This document shows, one piece after another, positions 31,899-38,341 of a stretch of DNA of 38,532 nt. The DNA is from a virus. The stretch spans positions 1 to 38,532 of the IMG/VR virus record IMGVR_UViG_3300028841_000391; one strand, written 5' to 3'. The position numbers were made by a program, and so were the translations under genes. The notes beneath the pieces were generated by a model, which saw only the letters and a program-made list of their open reading frames with translations, ran no database searches and was not told the DNA's origin. The stretch's first letter is position 1; every line of letters starts with the position of its first letter.

Positions 31899-32336
31899 TT
31901 ATGAGGTGAAGATGGAGGTGCATGCCCAAGCGAGTTCACCAGTGGTGGCGTTTTCTACCAACTCCGCATACGGGGTTTCACCCATGGCAATGGGTGCAAA
32001 ACGGCCATCCGATGTTTTGACTTTGATTTTGTCACCCTTGCTTCCGGCAGCTGACATCATGCATAACCGGTACACGCTGTTGTCAAGCACGATACGACCG
32101 TAGGCCGTAGGCGTGATGGGCGGATTGAGTGGATTGTTTTGCGCAGAAACGGTGCCTAACACTTCGTCCGCCGTACCAGCCGCGTCTACTTTGAAGTACA
32201 CATCTGCCGGTGTTGCACCCGCAGGAAAAGATGCGAGTTTCACCGCATGTCCGACGGGAATAGAGGCACCACCAGTGTTTGCAACTGCAACCACTTCAAA
32301 AGGTCCGGTTTGGTATAGTCTTACATTTGCTGACAT
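31899..32336 (-). CDS. Small beta-rich head protein (DUF2190/decoration-like)
   Basis: 145 aa: ...GPFEVVAVANTGGASIPVGHAVKLAS...GDKIKVKTSDGRFAPIA... Lies in the head module. Confidence 0.45.
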   Translation of the reverse strand: MSANVRLYQTGPFEVVAVANTGGASIPVGHAVKLASFPAGATPADVYFKVDAAGTADEVLGTVSAQNNPLNPPITPTAYGRIVLDNSVYRLCMMSAAGSKGDKIKVKTSDGRFAPIAMGETPYAELVENATTGELAWACTSIFTS

Positions 32337-32344
32337 ATTTCTCC

Positions 32345-32923
32345 TTAAATGATTGGGATAAATTGAGCGGTGATCATCATGCTGCCTGGCACGTAGGTGT
32401 TTGAAACGGTGTACGAGGAATTGTTGAAAAAAATCAAATCGTCTTGGCTCACAAACAATGTATTTCCATTGTCATGCATGTGATACGAGCCGGCTGGCAT
32501 TGTGAGAGAAATGCCAGAGTACGCAAGGGTTGACGGAATTCCGCCATAAGCGCGCCACAAATCAACGGTAGTATTTTCGTAAGGAGCACCAGCGTTCGAC
32601 CAAGAAAAATTGCACAAAATGCCAGTTCTTGGGATGTGACAAAATCCAGAAGCGTTATAAGGACTAGCGATGTAATAATACGAGGATTGTTCGTAATAAG
32701 GTCCCACGTTTTCATACGGAAACCATGCAGCACCGCTACGCAAGCTAGCCAGCACAAACATTGCGGACCTGTTAGCAACAAAATCCCATTGTGTACCTGT
32801 CCATTGCGGAATTTGAAACTGTTCCGGAGGCCCAGCTGCCCATGGTTGGCCCTGAATGGATGTGGGCGATGTGGCTCCCTGTGGTTGTACAGGCTCAATA
32901 CAAGGCCTATCTCCGATTGTCAT
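32345..32923 (-). CDS. Hypothetical aromatic-rich beta protein in the head module
   Basis: 192 aa. ATGA-type 4-nt overlap with the portal stop. It occupies the position of Mu gp30/F but does not resemble it. Confidence 0.55.
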   Translation of the reverse strand: MTIGDRPCIEPVQPQGATSPTSIQGQPWAAGPPEQFQIPQWTGTQWDFVANRSAMFVLASLRSGAAWFPYENVGPYYEQSSYYYIASPYNASGFCHIPRTGILCNFSWSNAGAPYENTTVDLWRAYGGIPSTLAYSGISLTMPAGSYHMHDNGNTLFVSQDDLIFFNNSSYTVSNTYVPGSMMITAQFIPII

Positions 32924-34206
32924 TGTTTTTTACCTCCCAAATTTTGCTCTGAAACCAATGGCACGCCACATTTTTTCAAGATCTCTGCCCAATCAGCGCC
33001 TGCTTTATCGAGGCCCTCTAGACCAATTTTCTCAATCAATTGCGCAATGGTTTTTGCATAGTTGCCAGATGCTTCAGATTCTTCTTGTTTTTGCAACGGA
33101 CTTCTGACTTCGTACTCCAATTTGGGCGCAAAATGGAGCAACGAGACTTCCCCATAGAACGCTGGGGTGAAATTCTTCTGCACCCACAAGCGCATGGTTG
33201 CTTGGTTGAATCCCGTAGTCAGAATGTGGGGGTCGGCTTGCGCCTTCTCAAAAGTAAGCGCCTTGGCGGTCTGCGCAGCTGCGTAAGACCCACTCTTGAT
33301 TTCTTGTGTCAGGTTGTTACCCAACAGCACAATGGCGACATCGTCCTGCGCTCGAGAAATCAAATCGTTGAAGGTGTGATACGCATCGCCCCTGCGGTCT
33401 GATGTCAGAAAGGTAAGGTCCCAACCAGCGGGAATTGTAACAACATCACCAGAACGAATTTGCGCGACAATGCGAGTCAGTTTTTGGTTGTCTAGTTGTT
33501 CTCTCTGCTCTGCGGTCGAGACAATTTTTTTGATTGCACCCGCTTCGGTATCGTTGAAAATTAACCAACGATCATATGAAGTGGTAAGGATGAAGAATGG
33601 GAAAGCAAGTGCACGAATGGCGCCATTCAGCCAAGGTCGTTCACCGCCCAAGGAGAAAATAACCCATGGGTCGCCTTCCACAGGTACATTTTCACCATTC
33701 TCGGTCATCACGTAGAAGCGGCGCTCTATTTGGTTCCAATACGTGTTGGACGCTGTCCACGGCTTGAGAACCGGGGTGATTTGCCCATCAATGACCGTGA
33801 AATGATGCCTGGCAATGCAGAAGCCAAGCATGACAGTGCGCTCGATGATCTCTGTCTCATCTGCCTCACTGATGACGCAATTGTAGTTCTTCTGAAGCTT
33901 GAGCAGCTCGGCACGCATCCTTTGTGGCGCGTTGTCAGACATGTTCAGCGAGCGAGGAAAGTTGCGCAGAAACTGCGAGCGCGTGCTCAATGCAGCGTAG
34001 ATACGCGGCTGACGACGCATGGCGTGAAACAGCAGTTCAGAGCTGGAGAATGTGCCGTTATCATGCGATTCAATGGCCGACATGATGTCGGTCGCTTGCC
34101 AACCCGAGGTGGGATACAAGGGAATCTGTTCTCTTAGGCGCGTGAAATCATATGCTCCAAGATGAGGAGGTGCAGAAGTGACTGCTTCTTGTGCGGTTTC
34201 TTGCAT
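32920..34206 (-). CDS. Portal protein (Mu gp29 / DUF935-like)
   Basis: 428 aa. ...TDIMSAIESHDNGTFSSSELLFHAMRRQPRIYAALSTRSQFL... matches the DUF935 N-terminal pattern. Lies in the head module after the terminase. Confidence 0.8.
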   Translation of the reverse strand: MQETAQEAVTSAPPHLGAYDFTRLREQIPLYPTSGWQATDIMSAIESHDNGTFSSSELLFHAMRRQPRIYAALSTRSQFLRNFPRSLNMSDNAPQRMRAELLKLQKNYNCVISEADETEIIERTVMLGFCIARHHFTVIDGQITPVLKPWTASNTYWNQIERRFYVMTENGENVPVEGDPWVIFSLGGERPWLNGAIRALAFPFFILTTSYDRWLIFNDTEAGAIKKIVSTAEQREQLDNQKLTRIVAQIRSGDVVTIPAGWDLTFLTSDRRGDAYHTFNDLISRAQDDVAIVLLGNNLTQEIKSGSYAAAQTAKALTFEKAQADPHILTTGFNQATMRLWVQKNFTPAFYGEVSLLHFAPKLEYEVRSPLQKQEESEASGNYAKTIAQLIEKIGLEGLDKAGADWAEILKKCGVPLVSEQNLGGKKQ

Positions 34207-34272
34207 ATGAGCTTATATAAACAGCACAACATATTTTTCTTGTCAAACGCCTGATACAAAAAGAAGATGAGC

Positions 34273-34308
34273 AAAAAAAACCCCACCGGAAACGCATCAC
34301 CGGTGGGG
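34273..34308 (-). terminator. Rho-independent terminator (minus strand)
   Basis: Minus-strand RNA: CCCCACCGG-UGAUGCGUUU-CCGGUGGGG followed by U8 (34280-34273). 9-bp GC-rich stem. Confidence 0.85.
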
Positions 34309-34411
34309 GCCTACTAACAGAACAACTATGAAAAATCCACGCATGAAACGCGGATTGGAGTGCAAAAAGAGTGACGTCTACCGCAAACGACGCCGTAGGA
34401 TGCTGCCTACT
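34273..34411 (-). ncRNA. Candidate ~140-nt sRNA between moron and portal
   Basis: Minus-strand TTGACA (34445-34440), 16-nt spacer, TACATT (34423-34418). The region contains internal hairpins (CCTACGGCG..GCGGTAG; AATCCGCG..CGTGGATT), a duplicated TAGTAGGC, and ends at the strong terminator. No plausible ORF. Confidence 0.35.
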
Positions 34412-34510
34412 AATTGCAATGTAAAACAAAGAAAAGTCTTGTCAAGTAAATTCTTGACATTTCACTTCGGAAGATTACGCCGACAATGTCGGCGCAATCT
34501 CTGGTGGAGG

Positions 34511-34996
34511 CTAAAACTTTCGTACGCGTAGGTTGGCTTGGTATCGACCAACGTCAACTCGAGAAAGTTTGCGCCCGATAGTGAGATCAGACAGAGCAGC
34601 AGTAACCTGTTGACGAGTGTAATCCGTTAGAATGCCATGGACTGTTGAGATATCAAAAACTCGTTTGGGATTCTTTTGTAAGAGTAACAGCACTTGTTCT
34701 TTGACTGTAGCAGTAACCCTTGGTCTTCTCTGAGACGGCTTTAAAATCTCCTCCTCATCCAGCTCTTCAAAATCATTTTCCTGTTCATATTCGGCATTTT
34801 GAAATGATGCGCTTGAAGTGAGAAGCTTTTTTGATACTGAGCTTTCTGGAAGCTGATGCTTCATTTCGGTCACTGTGCCACTTAGCTCGGCCAGCAGTCT
34901 TCTAGACTCCATGAGATTGTTTCTCAGCCGCTCTTCCAGGTCACATAGTCTTTGAATGCGCTCTTGTTGTTCTTCGTCGTTGTTTTCGTGTTCCAT
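34511..34996 (-). CDS. Moron-like protein: acidic coiled coil plus C-terminal winged-helix domain
   Basis: 161 aa. The C-terminus ...VKEQVLLLLQKNPKRVFDISTVHGILTDYTRQQVTAALSDLTIGRKLSRVDVGRYQ has a wHTH pattern. Candidate own promoter: TTGATT (35036-35031), N17, TAAACT (35013-35008). Confidence 0.65.
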   Translation of the reverse strand: MEHENNDEEQQERIQRLCDLEERLRNNLMESRRLLAELSGTVTEMKHQLPESSVSKKLLTSSASFQNAEYEQENDFEELDEEEILKPSQRRPRVTATVKEQVLLLLQKNPKRVFDISTVHGILTDYTRQQVTAALSDLTIGRKLSRVDVGRYQANLRVRKF

Positions 34997-35040
34997 AGGC
35001 TAAATATAGTTTATGACAGTTGACAATTAGAATCAAATTT

Positions 35041-36378
35041 TTACCACACTCGTGCTGCTGGCAGAATTTGAGCAGCAAAGCGCGACCTATCTACCGAATA
35101 GACATCGTCTTTGTTTTGGCCATACAGCTGAGAGATTTGGTCAATGTGCGCCACTGCATAGCGCATGGCATCCATCCCATGGTCATTGATGGCAATCGGC
35201 AAGTCGACATCCGGTCGGCCCTCTTTGCCTTTGGCATACACGTAAGAGGAAAACTCCGAGGTGGTGCTAACGGGGCGGTGTTTAGACGCTAAAAACTGGT
35301 CGTATTCTACCAAGGCATCTGTCAAAAAGTAGATTTTTGGCTTGCCATTTTGTATGCGTAGGCGCTCACGCACCGCTTGAAATCCGGGTGCGCGCTCTTT
35401 GTAGGCAATGGTGGTGTAGATACCTTCACGCTCCAAAAGCGCGCGCTCGCCTGTATCATGGTCTGTAACGGTAACCTCAATTTGCTCGTTGCCGGTCAGC
35501 TCAATCATTTGTTTAATGTGGTCTGTAATCAGTGTACGCGTCTTGTAAATCTCGCGATACATGTACATATTGTCTTCAGGGTCAATGGCCCACCATTGAC
35601 AAACAAACGGGTTCTCGTACCCAAAATCGACAGCGCGAATTCTGCGCCAGCTGGGTGGAAGATATTTTTCGTTTAGCACGTGCACAGCAAGGTCAAATTC
35701 TGGATAGAAAATGCCTTCTGCCTCAATCCATTTTCCTTCGCGAAGTTGTTTCCCTTTGACGCCTTGAATGAGCTCTAGCCGGTCGCGGTATGAGGCAGGG
35801 TTGTAGCTGTTGTCGTTGGCAAAACTGTAATACACAACACCTTGCTTTCCCTCAATGATGCGCTTGTAAATCCAATGACCTGGTCCTGCGGGGTTGGTGC
35901 TCATCAAAATTTGTGTCCAAGGCGCTGCGGTGCCACGCATACGAGGCAGGATTTCGTTGAAGTCATTCTCCACAAACGCAGTCGCCTCTTCCATCCAACA
36001 GAAATCCACACCGCCTGATTGACCGATGGACCGGATGCGCTCACTCTGCTCTGCATCGGCCATGCCAGCAAAAACAACGAGCGAACCATTGGGGTAACGA
36101 AGAATGTTTTCAGACTTGTTAAACTTGATTCGGCTGTCATTGCCTACCACGTGTTTGAGGTAGAACAGGATGGTAGATCCGGCCATGGAGGCGCGTTCTT
36201 TGCGCAAGATGAGTCCCGTGGCACCAGGATACTTCATCATGAACCCGTGGCACTTGTTTGCTGCCACGGTGGATTTACCACCACCCGCCCCCCCAGAGAG
36301 CAAAATGATAGGCGAGGTATCTTTCCAGGGCGCTACTTGCCAAGGCTCTGGAGAAAAGACGTTCGCTTTTGGTGGCAT
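35041..36378 (-). CDS. terL: Terminase large subunit
   Basis: ATG at 36378, 1 nt after the TerS stop. Walker A LLSGGAGGGKST, Walker B VDFCWMEEAT, nuclease motifs IRAVDFGYENP and HGMDAMRYA. Confidence 0.9.
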   Translation of the reverse strand: MPPKANVFSPEPWQVAPWKDTSPIILLSGGAGGGKSTVAANKCHGFMMKYPGATGLILRKERASMAGSTILFYLKHVVGNDSRIKFNKSENILRYPNGSLVVFAGMADAEQSERIRSIGQSGGVDFCWMEEATAFVENDFNEILPRMRGTAAPWTQILMSTNPAGPGHWIYKRIIEGKQGVVYYSFANDNSYNPASYRDRLELIQGVKGKQLREGKWIEAEGIFYPEFDLAVHVLNEKYLPPSWRRIRAVDFGYENPFVCQWWAIDPEDNMYMYREIYKTRTLITDHIKQMIELTGNEQIEVTVTDHDTGERALLEREGIYTTIAYKERAPGFQAVRERLRIQNGKPKIYFLTDALVEYDQFLASKHRPVSTTSEFSSYVYAKGKEGRPDVDLPIAINDHGMDAMRYAVAHIDQISQLYGQNKDDVYSVDRSRFAAQILPAARVW

Positions 36379-36379
36379 G

Positions 36380-36850
36380 TTAGTTGGCAGCGGGCAAAGA
36401 CGGTTTTGGTGGAGTATCGGGCCAATCGTCCGGAGAGACAAAATCGCCATTTTTGGAAACTGTGTACAATTTTGTCACTTCGACGTTGTGATTGATGGTC
36501 TCTGGAGCGTCTAGACCCAGCATTTTTGAACGACGCTCTTTGATGCGCAAAATGTTCTTCGCACTGTTGCTGTCACCATCTTGGTAACGCTTCCACTCTT
36601 CCGACTCAAGCAGGTCAAGCGATTTGAGCTCAAGCTCAAAGACTTCTTTGGCGTCTTCTTGAAAGTGCAGCCGTTGGTATTTGATGTACTCTTGCAATAC
36701 ACCGCGTGCCGCCTTATCGGTCATGTTCATCATCTCGGCAATCTCTTGGTAGGAGTACCGCTGCTTGCGAAGCAGGGCGATTTTTGACATGGCTCTGACA
36801 TGAGCCACACCAATGGATGCTGAATCTACAGGAACCGGTTTGCGCTTCAT
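36380..36850 (-). CDS. terS: Terminase small subunit (HTH-containing)
   Basis: ATG at 36850 forms an ATGA overlap with the endolysin stop. Carries RKQRYSYQEIAEMMNMTDKAARGVLQEY as an HTH, followed by a helical oligomerisation-like region. Lies immediately upstream of terL. Confidence 0.7.
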   Translation of the reverse strand: MKRKPVPVDSASIGVAHVRAMSKIALLRKQRYSYQEIAEMMNMTDKAARGVLQEYIKYQRLHFQEDAKEVFELELKSLDLLESEEWKRYQDGDSNSAKNILRIKERRSKMLGLDAPETINHNVEVTKLYTVSKNGDFVSPDDWPDTPPKPSLPAAN

Positions 36851-37404
36851 GTCATCTTTGAAAAACAGTACCAACTCGAACGTTCCACCATCTCAACTTG
36901 GTTGTTGTGGTTGCCCTCCAGTGACCAGAGCTTACCAGTGGCGGGGTCAAAATGAGATACCATTCCCACGTGGTTAATTTGCCCATTGTTTTGGAAAAAA
37001 ACAAGGTCTCCTCGTTTGATATGGGTTGTACTCTCTGGAACTGCATAGGCCAACTGCCTTGCTTGCAAACGGTCGAGCAATTTTCGCACAGACAGCGTGC
37101 CTATGGTTTTCACAAAAGCAGAGCCCGCCTCTAAGTAAGCGGTACACACAGAGCCAGCACACCACTTGGCCCACCCTGTTTCATCAGGGGCAGTCGTAGA
37201 CCAAGGAGCCACCGCCCAAGAAACAATCTCGCCCGTGTTGTTGCCTGTCTCTTTCATACCAAGCTTTGATTCCAAAATCGCGTATGCACGGGATGGAATA
37301 TCAACAGCAGCGCCCACCCGGGCCCCGCCACTACCCGCTTCTGCCGGAGGCTTTTTTGGTCGGCCTCTTTTTAATTTTTCCTTGGCATCTTTGTCCATAA
37401 GCAC
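36847..37404 (-). CDS. CHAP/NlpC-P60-type peptidoglycan hydrolase (TIGR02594-like endolysin) with basic AT-hook-like N-terminus
   Basis: ...GMKETGNNTGEIVSWAV...GWAKWCAGSVCTAYLEAGS...RGDLVFFQNNGQINHVGMV...LWSLEGNHNNQV supplies a Cys...His...(E)GN catalytic pattern. The N-terminus contains KLKRGRPKKPP. Confidence 0.75.
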   Translation of the reverse strand: MLMDKDAKEKLKRGRPKKPPAEAGSGGARVGAAVDIPSRAYAILESKLGMKETGNNTGEIVSWAVAPWSTTAPDETGWAKWCAGSVCTAYLEAGSAFVKTIGTLSVRKLLDRLQARQLAYAVPESTTHIKRGDLVFFQNNGQINHVGMVSHFDPATGKLWSLEGNHNNQVEMVERSSWYCFSKMT

Positions 37405-37414
37405 ACCATATCAC

Positions 37415-37447
37415 GTGAATCTTGAAAGAAACAAGTGAAAGATTCAC
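37415..37447. promoter_or_regulatory. Inverted repeat GTGAATCTT-N15-AAGATTCAC in front of the late operon
   Basis: 9-bp perfect arms at 37415-37423 and 37439-37447, 10 nt upstream of the endolysin ATG. No good -35 hexamer is nearby. Confidence 0.5.
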
Positions 37448-37459
37448 CACAAAAGTATG

Positions 37460-37518
37460 TTGACATAAACTTATTTGTATCATACAATAAGGGTACAGAA
37501 ACAGGAGTGGAAACAACC
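37460..37518 (+). promoter_or_regulatory. Early promoter/operator/leader copy D
   Basis: TTGACA (37460-37465), 17-nt spacer, TACAAT (37483-37488). AAACTTATT (37467-37475) lies in the spacer, with partner AATAAG at 37486-37491. Leader ACAGAAACAGGAGTGGAAACAACC at 37495-37518. Confidence 0.7.
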
Positions 37519-37650
37519 ATGACAGAACATTTTCCTACTAACATTGAAAATATGGAGGGCCTTGTGGCAATACTTTTATTTGCACTCGTTTACATTTTGG
37601 TACTGATTCCACTGTCGATGAAGCTATCGCTCAAAAAGGTGTTTTCTTGA
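37519..37650 (+). CDS. 43-aa single-TM peptide
   Basis: My own translation: MTEHFPTNIENMEGLVAILLFALVYILVLIPLSMKLSLKKVFS. The ATG follows the conserved leader. The track ORF begins earlier, at 37435. Confidence 0.5.
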   Translation: MTEHFPTNIENMEGLVAILLFALVYILVLIPLSMKLSLKKVFS

Positions 37651-37789
37651 GCTCTGCGATGGCATCCTGATACTTGCCAACCGCGTCTCGAAACTCTTTG
37701 AGCGTTTCCTCTGGAATGAAAAGCTTACCAAACCCAGCTCGCTCAAGAATGAGCAAGAACTCGCGAATCAAGGCATCAACGGTTGTCAT
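37631..37789 (-). CDS. 52-aa helical protein (below the ORF-track cutoff)
   Basis: My own translation: MTTVDALIREFLLILERAGFGKLFIPEETLKEFRDAVGKYQDAIAELKKTPF. GGGGG lies 6 nt upstream. It overlaps the upstream gene by 14 nt and the convergent 37519-37650 gene by 20 nt. Confidence 0.45.
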   Translation of the reverse strand: MTTVDALIREFLLILERAGFGKLFIPEETLKEFRDAVGKYQDAIAELKKTPF

Positions 37790-38042
37790 AGGACCCCCAT
37801 TGCTCTACCAACTGCATGACAAACTTGTGGTGGGACAAAATGATACTTGCCAGTTTGCCGCGCGTGCCCACAAGACGCTCCTCACAGGTTGCGTGCGCAT
37901 TTTGCTTCTCCCAAGCAAGATAGTCACGAATCTCTTGCGTCATCGTCACAATCTCCCTAGTGGGCGGACGATGCGCGCACGAACCAAACGAGCACACAAC
38001 AAACGACAGCAATGCCAACAACCGCAACGTCAGCGAACGCAT
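37776..38042 (-). CDS. Putative lipoprotein (o-spanin-like or exclusion lipoprotein)
   Basis: MRSLTLRLLALLSFVVCSFGSCAHRPP... has a signal peptide and a lipobox-like FGSC. A strong GGAGGT RBS is embedded in the end of the upstream gene. Confidence 0.6.
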   Translation of the reverse strand: MRSLTLRLLALLSFVVCSFGSCAHRPPTREIVTMTQEIRDYLAWEKQNAHATCEERLVGTRGKLASIILSHHKFVMQLVEQWGSYDNR

Positions 38043-38043
38043 G

Positions 38044-38328
38044 CTACTTACCTCCTAATGTTCTGGAATCGCAAAAAAGATGAGTGTCCATTTTTTCAGA
38101 CAGCTTGTTTAGGCTGCTTTCAAAAGAAATGGCGGCACGCGAAAAATCACTTACGCTGGTCATGCACGATTGGATCTGCTTCTTCATATCCTCTTCGTGA
38201 CGGCGTACGGTAATCAGTGCGTAGGCCAACACAAAGATAGCCATGACAACGGGGAACCCAAGCTTTCCTACCAAGCTAATCAAACGCTTATCAAGATTGC
38301 TTTCCTGGAGCGCTGAAAATTTGTCCAT
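38044..38328 (-). CDS. Bitopic membrane protein with helical ectodomain, paralogue of 10028-10360 (i-spanin/holin-like or exclusion protein)
   Basis: 94 aa: ...KRLISLVGKLGFPVVMAIFVLAYALITV as the TM, then a charged helical region. Starts 13 nt after the XRE stop. Confidence 0.6.
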   Translation of the reverse strand: MDKFSALQESNLDKRLISLVGKLGFPVVMAIFVLAYALITVRRHEEDMKKQIQSCMTSVSDFSRAAISFESSLNKLSEKMDTHLFCDSRTLGGK

Positions 38329-38341
38329 GTGAATTTTTATA

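Noticed and set aside
34148-34429. 93-aa minus ORF and a 15-codon hydrophobic mini-ORF (MRGFFIVVLLVGPHR) in the terL-portal gap, as a possible type I toxin
   Set aside because: The 93-aa ORF runs through the terminator hairpin into the portal start and has no RBS. The mini-ORF is too short, lacks an SD, and ends inside the terminator stem.
2423-37518. The repeated ~34-60-bp elements as a CRISPR-like array or as MITE/transposon ends
   Set aside because: The copies are kilobases apart and all in the same orientation. Each sits immediately upstream of a start codon and contains -35/-10 hexamers, with no regular repeat-spacer spacing and no flanking target duplications. Promoter/operator duplication explains them better.
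37674-38213. 179-aa + strand ORF across the lipoprotein and membrane-protein genes
   Set aside because: The translation is Arg/Ser/Gln-rich with no features, and the ORF is antisense to two compact genes that have a signal peptide, a TM segment and a strong RBS.
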